Made by a program: the position numbers and the translations under genes. A model generated the notes under the pieces. The model searched no databases. It had not been told where the DNA came from and saw nothing but the letters and a program-made list of their open reading frames with translations. From assembly GCA_044892505.1 (NCBI GenBank), contig CM097883.1, forward strand, positions 448,570,001 to 448,634,000: 64,000 nt of DNA. Direction: 5' to 3'. Shown in pieces: positions 1-10,568 of this stretch. Within the stretch, counting starts at the first letter, position 1, and each line of letters opens with the position of its first letter. The stretch comes from Schmidtea nova. Taxonomy: Eukaryota.

Positions 1-423
1 GTCGGTCGAGATAGGGTTGAAACGATAGAAAAAATGCATCTCAAAAGAGAGTCCACAATTTAAGTGCATGTCGGATTTACATACGAATGACTGCACTAGA
101 ATTGAATGTGGAAGATCATTGCTTGTGTAAAAATAATGAAAAGTATGATCAAAGAATAAATTTGATATAAGAATAACGAAAATAATTTATTAAAAATTAT
201 AGAAAAAATCTCCATTGAAATATCCGAAAAATAACAGAGATAGGAATAAAAATGGAATTAAATTAAACTTGATTGTTTTAATCAATCATTTAATGTACAC
301 AAAATAATGGACACACACATCATTTAACGGGATTAAAAACAAAGATTTTAGAAATTAATATAAATTGAATTATAAAATTAAATTTACAAAATATAAATAA
401 ATAATCATTTATTAAAACTAATA
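1..423 (+). repeat. Diverged repeat, inverted copy of 6181-6602
   Basis: The reverse complement of 6181-6602 aligns over the whole length, with shared blocks such as AGAATTGAATGTGGAAGATCATTGCTTGT, GAAAATAATTTATTAAAAATTATAGAAAAAATC and AAAAATAACAGAGATAGGAATAAAAA. Roughly 80% identity by eye. Confidence 0.85.
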
Positions 424-439
424 AATTAAGTTTAAATTT

Positions 440-700
440 GTTGTGGTGTATGGATGGGTTACATTAAAACATTCTAGGGACGCCTCTATCCATACCCATA
501 CATAAAATGCATACGTTACACACAAGCACCCTCGACTATTTCCCTGGATAATCGAGTTGGAAATGTGCAAGGTTTTTGAACAATGATGGGCAGATGAGCT
601 CTATTTCTAAAACTACTCCCCATTTATGTTCGGGGGTTCATCGTTGCCGATAGAAGGACTTACGCTTTCATTTCACTTTACTTCATTTGGAACCATTATT
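440..700 (+). mobile_element. Structured terminal motif of an unclassified element family, copy A
   Basis: Hairpin GTATGGAT(448-455)/ATCCATAC(488-495). Hairpin CTCGACTAT(531-539)/ATAATCGAG(548-556) with loop TTCCCTGG. Then TTGGAAATGT, CAGATGAGC, GGGGTTC and GATAGAAGG (649-657). Homologous to 5400-5740, 39500-39640, 48850-49070, 31230-31420 and 2784-2914. Confidence 0.65.
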
Positions 701-972
701 TTTCATTTTAACCCTACGGCCCCTTACAATATCAACTGGTAAAATATATCGTTACCTATATATTTTATTTTAAACTCCTAATGTTAATCATATGCAATTT
801 TTATTAATTATTTTATATCATGATATGGAAATAAATTATACTTTATAACTCAGTTTGCATTAAATAATTATTCTACTTTATTTTACAAAAAGAAAATTAA
901 TACGACAAAAAAAATTAAAAATATATTTTTACAAAATAATTAAAAAGAATTAGTTAAATTATATTCGACAAT

Positions 973-1464
973 TCACTCAAAAAATTTTAGAAAGTCATCA
1001 TCCAGCGCTATGAAATCCGTCGACGGATCTATTTCGGGTATCCCAGACATACCCTTAACTTGATTAATTAGTTGTTGCGAGTACTGTTTCTTCAATCGCC
1101 TTTGTCGGGAACCCATCTTGTTTTTCTTCTTCTTTTTATTTTCTATCGCCGACGAGATTTTTACGATCGGTTCTGATGTTGCCATGACCTCAGGGATTTG
1201 AGATAACCTTTCGGTATCATTTTCGATGGAACATCCTGATTTTTTCTCAGGCGACCAGTGTTCGTAGGTGACTGGTCGGATTAGACCTTTTAACTCTGTT
1301 TTGATGAATGATGTCGTAACCGAACGTAAGCATTTTCTTAGCTCTATTTTTGTCGCCTCCAGTTCAATGCGATATTTTTCGCCTGCTCTTTGGGCTCGTT
1401 GATTTTTCGTAATTTGTTCCTTCATTTGTTCTGGGCTAAACCAGCTTTTGCGGAGACGAGACAT
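973..1464 (-). CDS. Orphan 163-aa coiled-coil/basic protein carried by the unclassified element family
   Basis: Intact ORF. Aligns with the disrupted ORF at 38931-39352 (RKSWFSPEQMK vs RRTWFSPTEMK; ELEATKIELRKCLRSV vs ELSGVKLELN*CL*SV; IRPVTYEHWSP vs IRSSTFERWIP; KKNKMGSRQRR vs KRNRLGAKRRR). AATAAA follows the stop. Confidence 0.7.
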   Translation of the reverse strand: MSRLRKSWFSPEQMKEQITKNQRAQRAGEKYRIELEATKIELRKCLRSVTTSFIKTELKGLIRPVTYEHWSPEKKSGCSIENDTERLSQIPEVMATSEPIVKISSAIENKKKKKNKMGSRQRRLKKQYSQQLINQVKGMSGIPEIDPSTDFIALDDDFLKFFE

Positions 1465-2200
1465 TGTAGATTTTCTCTTTTGTTAGTCCAATTTCTTTCT
1501 CTAGACTGCGAATGATTCGCCAAGTCTTTTCCAATTCGGTTTGTGGGTTTTTTTGATTTGATGACATGGTTCTGAAATCTATTGTTATTATTCCTGGTTT
1601 ACTTTAAAGTTCGCATTTAATTATTGGTGAATGAATGTCTTTAGGAATCTTTATAAATTACTTTTATTTGATAATATATTTTATAACATTGACAGATCCC
1701 ATGCCATTGTTGGGATGATGATTTCCTTCTAGTTTTATCTAGCTATTATATTGAATTTTGGAGATGAAGAAGATGAATAGACATACAATAATTTTTAAAC
1801 ACTGTCGCTATGTACAGCAATCAGATTAATTCATTAAGTTTATTTATACCTGTGCTATCTGCAGCATTCAGGATGATTTAAGTTCAAAAGAAATGATTCG
1901 TGGATATTTGACTCGATCTTCAAAACCGGTCGCAATTTCGTTTTTAAATCAACAATTTTCGATTTTTGAAAAACTTTATTAGAATTATTTTAGAATGAAT
2001 TGAAAGACCTTGATTGATTTGTTTAACTGTTTCAATGTTTTAATGATTAATTGGCGGGTTTTGCTTTTAAATAAATGCTGAGTGTGAATTATAAGTTAAT
2101 TTAAAAAAGCAATTTTGAGATTGGGTTTTTGTCACAGTTATTGTTCGGTTTTATCTGTGCATTTGGGATGAAAATTATTTTGTAATTGATGAATTAAAAA

Positions 2201-2776
2201 ATGTCATTGGGCTCGAGTGTTTTTGATCGTTATGACTATTGTTCACCCGAAGGCAGATTATTTCAGGTCGAATATGCGATTGCGTTAGATGGATTACTTT
2301 CTGTTGGTATTCGAGGTAATGATTGTGACGTAGTTGCTACACAAAGAAAAGTCCCAGATAAAATGATTGAAGAGTTCAGCTACAAGATTATTTAATATAA
2401 CTGAAAGTACCGGTTGCGTTAGGACAGGTATCATTCCTGATTGCAGATCATAACTATGCCGTGCACAAATGAAAGCTACACGATTTAAATGCAAAAATGG
2501 ATACGATGCATTGCCGATATAAATCAATTGTACACTCAATCAGCTGAAATGAGGCCATTAGGCTGTTAAATGATCACATTATCATATGATAAGGAGATGA
2601 ATAAGCCACTGTTATTCAAAATCGATCCAAGTGGATTTGTAGCTGGTCATCGAGCTGTTGCGGTCGGTGGAAAGCAGTTGGAAGATAAAAGCTATTTGGA
2701 AAAGAAGCTTCGTAAAAATACAGAATTTTCAATTGATGAGGAAATCAATCGCTGCTGGACGCGGCGAACCAAGTAA
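2201..2776 (+). pseudogene. PSMA6: Proteasome subunit alpha type-6 processed pseudogene, 3'-truncated
   Basis: [37 protein letters not shown] and KIDPSGF..G.RA.AVG.KQ motifs. No introns. Frameshifts near 2390 and 2515, in-frame stops near 2452 and 2567, and internal deletions. Confidence 0.9.
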
Positions 2777-2783
2777 ATAAGAA

Positions 2784-2914
2784 CATTTTTTGAATGGATA
2801 TATTATGTTTTTGAGGATGAATAAAGGTAGATTGTTAATAGCAGGGGGTAAGAGATAGTTAAGAGGTAATCATGCGGTAGGACCGAAAAATAAGCAGAGG
2901 CGTAAGTCCTTCTA
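2784..2914 (-). mobile_element. Truncated copy F of the unclassified element terminus
   Basis: The reverse complement TAGAAGGACTTACGCCTCTGCTT...GCATGATTAC...ATCTACCTTTATTCATCCTCAAAAA aligns with 5622-5740 (TAGAAGGACTTACGCATCTACTT...GCATAATTAC...ATCTACCTTAATTCCTCCAAAAA). Confidence 0.7.
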
Positions 2915-2918
2915 ATAA

Positions 2919-4713
2919 TTACAATAGGATGTCCACAGTACATTTTATATAGATTTCATTCTTACGCATCAGATTTGGATTGTCCTCTAATTCTAATAGG
3001 CTTAAAAATTGTCGAAAGCCCTTTACACTATTTCTATTTGTCGGTCGAATAAGTGATTCAGTATTTGGATTATTTGCACATTTCACAATCTTACTGACAT
3101 GCGCCAGCCCAGTGCGCTGATTGATCAATGCAAATGTGACGGAATGCCTGAATGGCCATTCCAATATTCCATCCCACGGGCCCTTCATCAAACAAAATCC
3201 AATAGATAAATGCGTGCCCTCGTCATCACCACATCCATTAGGATGCATACCTAAACACATTTTATAACCATTTCTATGTGTGAAAAATGATTCGCTATAA
3301 ATAATTGTGTTGATCCATATTTCTGCATCTGCCATTTTATCACTGAATTTGTTGAGCTTCCAAATAAATTCTCCATAATTCAGTTGATTTTGATTGGCTG
3401 CCATTTCCAATAATTTGTTGTCAACATTTTGCATTGATTTATCGATTTTATTTGACATTTCCGTCTGATCAATTATATGTTTGTTTTTTATCTGATCGAT
3501 TTTTATAATTAATTCTTTCTGAAATTTTTATTTTATTTATTTATTAATCAGAAATTTATTTTACTTCTTTATTTTCTCTCAGATGATTCGCATTGTAAAA
3601 TTTGTTTTCTGTTTGCTGACAATTGGTAGTGCATTGGGCAATTTGCTGCTGGAAATTGTTCTCACGTGCTTGAATGGCCCGCTGAAATGTTGCCGCATCA
3701 AATAATCAATTATTTCATCAAAATTTCACCTGGTTGTCTTCGACATTCAATTTCAATCTATCCAATTCATCGCCCACATTTCTATTCACATTCCTCAATG
3801 CCGGCATGTCCTCGTTCAATAATGCGATTTCTCGAGCGTGATCGTCACATTTCCTCTGCAAATCTCCAATTTCAATCTTGATAATAATCACAATTGATCA
3901 ATAATTATGAATATTGCAATTTATTAACAAACTCGATTCCTTTGCTCATCTGAAATCAATTTATCCATATTTTCTCTTATCGCAACATTTTCAACATTCA
4001 AACAAATTATATCCGCATCCAACTGGCCAATTTTTACGGTTTTCTCATCAGATTGGCACTGCAATTCAGCAATTTCTTCCTGAACTCTCATTATTTATCC
4101 ACATCAAATCAAATATTGCATTTACTCGTCTTCTCTCTCCATCCAATTTCAATTCATTGATCTCAGTTTGCAATAAATTATTATTGGCTTTCATAATGCC
4201 CATCTCATTATTGAAATTGCCAATGAAGTCCATCAATAGTATTGTGTGCGTCAATATTTCAGATTGCAAATGATCCGCAACTTTATCCTGAGATATATTG
4301 CATGCGTTACATCCGATATTCGTATACGGACATGCAACTGATCGGTATTTGCACATCCGTGAATGATATTCTATTTTTCTGATTTCATCAACAAATACAC
4401 AATTCTTATTCAGGCATTTCACTTTTAATTTTAATATTTTGATATTAATTGCGTGATCCACTGCAATATTTTCATCCATATTCAGCATTTCCAGTTGACA
4501 TTCATCTGTGTTACCAGGACAAATTCTATTCTCACCGTCCAGAAAGCCTGAAATGCAAGTGAAACAAAACCTGCAACTGCATGGAGCACAGCGAGCATTG
4601 ATCAATAATTTTTTACACAGCAAACATAACATGTCGTGATCGATTTCTGTTACAAATTCATAATTAATATTTCTCATAATTTGCCAATCATTTTCTAATT
4701 TTAAACCAGCCAT
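2919..4713 (-). pseudogene. TRAF-family gene (RING, TRAF zinc finger, coiled coil, MATH), disrupted in the coiled-coil region
   Basis: ORF 4066-4713 has a RING (CLLC..CAPCSCRFCFTC..CP) and TRAF zinc fingers. ORF 2919-3458 is a MATH domain (FIWK, SESFFTHRNGYKMCL, HLSIGFCLMKGPWDGILEWPF). The 3565-4065 linker has several frameshifts and stops. One 46-nt GT-AG intron candidate at 3519-3564. Confidence 0.8.
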
Positions 4714-4871
4714 TTATCATAAATGTTTAATGTTTAAAAATAATTAAATGTTTTGATCCGTATTTTACCAACAAAACATGAATTTTATGTTATTGAGGTT
4801 CAGATTGATTAAATCAGATAATATAAACAAAGCCCAAACAAACATAATTGATAAAATTCATCTAAATTAAA

Positions 4872-5395
4872 CCCTTAACGCTATTTTTTTCACAAAACCG
4901 GCAAAAAAACATTTTTATTTATTGCAGAAAATTAAAGTTTAATTTAATATTTTAATTATTAATATTTTAATTTTAAGGATAAAAAATGCAAACTTTAATT
5001 AAAAAAAAATTATTTTTGTAATTTTCATGTTAACAGGAAAATAATATGATTGTATACTATGTACATTTTAAGTATTAAAAATCTATTTGTGTGTGATATA
5101 TCATAAAACATAGAGCTGCACATAGAACAACGTTCCATGGTTTACAATAATATTGTGACTCCCTCCTTATTTTCTTTTCCTTATTGTCACAGGTTTTACA
5201 GCAAACCGCACATAATCTAGTAGCATTATGTTTTTTTCTTTTGTGGGTATATATTCTGGGAAATGCCTCTAAATAAATCTTAACGAACTTGGTGTTTTTA
5301 GACGACCTTTTTTGGAAACTTGTGAGCCAGAATGATACTTTGTTATCATTAGAGATCTTCAGAAATTTATGTAACACAGCGTTTGAACTTAAATC
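4872..5395 (-). mobile_element. piggyBac transposon 3' remnant (C-terminal Cys-rich domain and terminus)
   Basis: ORF 5075-5377 ends TRLCAVCC..RRESQYYC..W.V.LC...CF.IYHT..DF, typical of the PGBD Cys-rich domain. TTAA(A)CCCTTAAC end at 4867-4879. Confidence 0.8.
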
Positions 5396-5399
5396 TATT

Positions 5400-5740
5400 A
5401 TTGGGTGGTAAGGGTGTCGTTATAAAAATTGTTAATGAATTCTAGAGATGAGGAAAACCCATACCACAACATAAATATCAATCTACCTCACTCGTGTGCC
5501 CATAGTTATTCCCTAAGTAACTATGTTGGTATTGTAAACGGTGGCGAGAATCTAATGAGCAGGTGAGCTCCGTTACCGAAACTACTCCCTATATTCTCTC
5601 TTTCGGGTCCTTTTCTGACGATAGAAGGACTTACGCATCTACTTGCTTTACAGTCCAATCGCATAATTACATTTAATTCTCTACTATCCTATGCTATCAC
5701 CTATCTACCTTAATTCCTCCAAAAATAATTCACCAAAATG
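5400..5740 (+). mobile_element. Structured terminal motif of the unclassified element family, copy B
   Basis: Hairpin GTGGTAAGGGT(5405-5415)/ACCCATACCAC(5457-5467). Perfect stem CATAGTTA(5501-5508)/TAACTATG(5518-5525) with loop TTCCCTAAG. Then TTGGTATTGT, CAGGTGAGC, GGGTCC and GATAGAAGG (5620-5628). Confidence 0.7.
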
Positions 5741-6180
5741 ATGAATGAATATGTATAATCACCTTTCTTTTATCCGAATTTGGCTCAAAGTCACCGATTC
5801 AGCGTAATCTCGAAAGAGTCACGTACGAAAGGCTTTTCACCAGGGGGTCAGCAACCACTGAGGAGTACATTATGTATTTTACCCCGGATATTATGAGGGT
5901 TTATTCATAAATAAATGTAAATAAACGTAACAAAATAAAATATTTATTACCCCAATTCACAATAATACACATTACAAATGAAAATATTTTTACCATCACA
6001 TAAAAAGAAACAAAAACATACTAACGCACTCAACAGACTGGCGAAATACAAAATTGTACTCACTGCAAATTAATGCAAAGTAAGTTTAGATTGTGATTTT
6101 TCAGCGTCTATTTATACTAAATCTACTAACGCTCACATATGTTGATATTTAAATAATGATATTTAACAATTTAAACATAC

Positions 6181-6602
6181 TTATTAGTTTTAATAAGTGA
6201 GTATTTATTTATTTTTTGTAAATTTAATTTTATAATTCGATTTATTTATTTTCTAAAATATTTGTTTTTAATTCCGTTAATTGATGTATATATCCATTGT
6301 TTTCGTACACTAATTGATTAATTAAAACAATCAAATTTAATTCTATTATATTTTTTATTCCTATCTCTGTTATTTTTACGATATTTGAATGGGGATTTTT
6401 TCTATAATTTTTAATAAATTATTTTCTTTATCCTAATACAAATTTTATTCTTTAATCATGCTTTTCGTATTCACTATACAAGCAATGATCTTCCACATTC
6501 AATTCTTGTACGCTCCTTCGTATGTTAATCCGACCTGCACTCAAATTGTGTGCTCTCATTTTAGATACCTCTTTTCTATTGTTTCACCCTATTTAAATCG
6601 AC
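6181..6602 (-). repeat. Diverged repeat, inverted copy of 1-423
   Basis: See 1-423. Confidence 0.85.
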
Positions 6603-8519
6603 TTATGTAATGCGGTTCGTATGACTACTATTTGTACTTTAATGCTCTAAAATCTTTAATATCATTTTACCGAGTAATGCTTTATCGTGCGTTTTTAAAC
6701 TTGTTCTCTTTTGTATATATTTGTTAGAAGATGGGCGTAGAATAAGGGTTTTAAAATTAAAATATTATACAGTAGAAAATGGAAGGTACAGGATAAATAT
6801 ACATGTGGATCAGATGGCAATGACAATTCAATAATCAATGGAAAATATCAACTTCAACGACATTATGATTTTAGTGATTTTTTATGATGATATTTTACTG
6901 TTGATCTCATTTGACTTTTGTTTTATGATGATGAAAATTATGTGATTAAGCTGTGACTATCTGGCAATTTTTATTTTTATGGGATAATTTTATTTTGTTT
7001 CTGTTAATAAAATATTGTTGACAATTAATTTTTGTAATGACAATTTATCAGCATGACAATTTATAATTTGACAAAATATCATTTGTGATATTGCGAACAT
7101 TTATTGACATTCTTATGGTGATGGACAAGATTTTATAATTTTGAAAAAATATTTTGTGTTGAAATATTTTATGTAAATTAATTTTTTAACTATTTGGAAA
7201 ATGGATTATATTTTCATTTATATTTTAATATTTTAATTCAATAAATAATAATGATAATAAAATAAATAAATAATACAGATTGTTTAAATAAATTAAAAAT
7301 AAATAAATTACTGTTTGTTTAAATAAATTATATTTATGACCTACATGGTCAGAAAAATGAAATAATATCTCAAGGTTAAAAAAATAATTTTGAAAACAAT
7401 TCTGTTTTGAAAACAACTCTATTTTCAAAAACAATTTCAATCAACTCAAGAGGCAAAATAACAATCATTATTGACAGATTAAGTGCCTTAAAATTCAGTA
7501 TATAAACTGACCGATTTTTCAGTTAAATCACCCATAAAATCTTTGCGTAAGAAGAATTTCATAGTTGTTATCGACTATTGAAATAATAATTTCGAGCATA
7601 CAAGATATCGAGCTCAGAAGGCATTCACGCATACACACGCATACATATATATATATATATATTTACACATTATAGGAACAACATTGTGAATCTATAATAT
7701 TTTTAGGTAATTTGTATTTGTTGTATTTGAATAAATTCTTTGAACCAGTGTTATCTTATTTATTTATATAAGATACCAAGTTGAGATTCTAGGAACCTCA
7801 ACATATTTAATTTTTGATAAATTTAAACAAAATTTATTTTTCGATTTCCCCAGCTCAACACTATGTTTGCAAAAAAAATGTGATAAAATGCCCTTAAAAA
7901 TCTTTTGAGTATCACCGAAGATAAAAGTACAAAAATCATAAATTACTAATGAACAACCAAATATAAGTCATTATAATATATTTTATACTTTTATTTCTCT
8001 TTCCTTAGTTAAAACGGACGTGATCAAAAGAGTTATATTGAGAATATTGTTGTGGCATTTTATATTATTATATTTTATTATGTTTAAGAATTGTTTCTAA
8101 AGAAATTTGTAGAGCCCAGCCGAGCCACCTGTAACAAAGTGTCGGGACAGCTGGGGTGCGTGTTGTGTTCTTTGGGTATGTGCTTGTATATGTGCTTACA
8201 ATAACAAATAATAAATAAACCAACTTTTATTTATTCAGAGAAAATAAAATTAACAACTACTCACAGTGAATGAATAAAGGTTTTTCGTAATATTCTTATT
8301 TCCTGTTTTGATTTTTTCTTATTCTTGTAATTTGTTTTCTTCTTAAATTTTTTTTAAAATTCAAATTTTTTCATTATTTTATTTTTTTTATTTGATTGTC
8401 AATTCCTATGATTATTACTTAACTATAGGAATTAATTATTTTTTTAAATCCAAATTTCGTATAGTGATTCGTAATAAAATCTGAATAACAATAAAAATTA
8501 TTTTTATTATCGTTTTTTA

Positions 8520-8653
8520 TGTTAGGACTAACTCTATAAAAAATCAACACGGGGAGCACAAGCAAACACAATTATCGCAATCAGCAATAAAGTCAAAAGA
8601 ATTCGCAGTGAGCGCATATTATAAGAAGAACTGTACTTGGGGTGTCACTAACA
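8520..8653. mobile_element. Possible short solo LTR
   Basis: TGTTAG...CTAACA inverted termini, internal AATAAA and higher GC than the flanks. No TSD found. Confidence 0.35.
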
Positions 8654-8736
8654 AATAAAACTATCTCAATCAATCATAAAGTAAAATGAGTTAAATCAAG
8701 TACACTATAAGTTATGCTAAATATTGTAAAGCCCCC

Positions 8737-8809
8737 AATATTACGGGTTTGCATAAATCTTCCATTAATGCATACCCGTAATATTTCGGGTTTGCGCATA
8801 AGGGGTTAA
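8737..8809. mobile_element. piggyBac-type element end with subterminal inverted repeats
   Basis: AATATTACGGGTTTGCAT(8737-8754) is inverted with ATGCATACCCGTAATATT(8768-8785), 17/18 match. A third unit lies at 8780-8799, and the segment ends in GGGG|TTAA (8802-8809). Confidence 0.6.
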
Positions 8810-9721
8810 TAGTCATTGCAAGTGGTGAGGTTGGATAGTTGTCAGATCAGAGGTAATTTCCAAATTCTAAAATTTGGATTATAACCCGAAAAACGTTTGA
8901 GACTAAACATGCGAGAAAAGGTGTAGTTTGAAGCGAAATGAATTTTATATGTCATTGGTATCCTTAGGAACAATGTAATAGAAAGTAAAACTTTTACATG
9001 ATGATAGTCGATTTTATTTTGTAATTCGCTACATTCATTAAAAAAATAATTAGACAGTTTTATCACTGACAAACCAAAATATCAAAATGATTGAAAGTAC
9101 AAATTTATCAAAACTACATTCGTGCGTTTGTAAATCTTTACAATCCAGATTCGGATGTTTCTAGGGACGAGCTTCCTGGATTTTCTTTATCATTTGTTTT
9201 CCCTTATTTATGGCTATCGTGCCTCATTTACATCTCATTTCTCAAGGCAAGTTCAATATGTTGCAATATTTGTTCTGATTTCGTTTGCGCTGTCGGCATT
9301 TTCTCTTGTATTTGACTCTTTCCTCAGTGGCGGGAACTTATTTGCCCATATCTTCACTTCCATCGAGGTTGACTTTTTAACTGTATGTTCTCTGGTGGAT
9401 CGTTTTATTGCTGTCCATATGTCGAAAAGAACGAGGCTCTTCAGGCCCCCTTTTTGATGATGACGATGCAGTATGGTTGGACCGTCAAAAAATGGTTGTG
9501 TAGACAGGAAACTAGTCACTACTGTTATATGATATTGGCTGTACGATGGTTATAGATATTAAACACAAAGAGATTGAGTTTCTTCTTTAAGGAAGATTAC
9601 AAAGCCACCTCGAAATGAAAAGATGAATTTAGCTGTATGCAGCTTGCTTTCTCAAAGGATTTCTAATCTCTGGCCCTTAAATAATTTTGAAGTTGAAGTT
9701 TTAATTTTGAAAGGATAAAAG

Positions 9722-9722
<1 letters not shown>

Positions 9723-9772
<50 letters not shown>
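9723..9772. repeat. (TA)n microsatellite
   Basis: About 25 perfect TA units. Confidence 0.98.
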
Positions 9773-9776
<4 letters not shown>

Positions 9777-10568
9777 TATAATAAAGAAATTGTCGGAACA
9801 TCAGATTGAATAAGAAATTTATAATTGATTAATGAAATTAAATGAAAATCTTTGGAATAACAATAATTTGAAATAAAGTTTGATACATTTTCAATTAATT
9901 TTCATATTAATTTTTGTATGACTATAGTTAAAAACAATTGTTTATCAGGTACATGATATTTCGGCACAGCTTTAATCATGTGTGTATTTCTACACTTGGT
10001 AAAGGTTGCGCTGAAATAAATAATTATAATTGTGTGCGAATCCAGACACGCACTGCAAAATTATGAGTTTTCGAACAACGTAATATGAGCAACACACCAG
10101 CTTTGTTGTGTATCTAAAATTTATTATTGGTTTTATTCATTAATATAAATTAATGTAATTACAGTTTGCATTCATTTTTTACCATGTACTGATTTTGTGT
10201 TTTATTATTTTTCTACCCTATTTGTCTACGACATAACAATTTTATCCATTACCTAGTTTATTATCATTAATCTACCTATTTTAGAAAGAGTTTTGGGCGA
10301 TGGTAGTATTTCGAAGCAGTAGCTCTTTAGCGAGGATTTATGAATTGTATTTTGGTCATCCTTGTAATTGGTAATGAATGTGCTGTTAATCGTTGTCGCC
10401 TTAAGTTAATAACTAAATCTTTTGGGGCAATATTATAAAGTATTTCATCCACTCTAGTAAACATATCAGCTAATAATGAATTTTGGTTATAAACAGCGCA
10501 AATTATAATCTGCTTAATTTCGTTCATTGGGGTTTGAACAGCTGTCTTTTTTATCAAACCCTTTCAAT

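Noticed and set aside
1-423. Alternative genetic code suggested by recurrent TAA/TAG in coding-looking frames
   Set aside because: eIF3c ends in TAA, smoothelin, ING and PP1 end in TGA, and all read through without internal stops under the standard code.
5550-5590. Hammerhead-like CTAATGAG/CAGGTGAG...CGAAAC
   Set aside because: The core deviates from CUGANGA, stems I-III cannot be formed convincingly, and the homologous copies do not keep GAAA.
8108-8265. TG...CA segment as a solo LTR
   Set aside because: No TSD, no second copy in the window and an ambiguous right end.
9253-9519. 88-aa ORF with an RSTR motif as an integrase tail
   Set aside because: No recognisable domain; similarity too weak to call.
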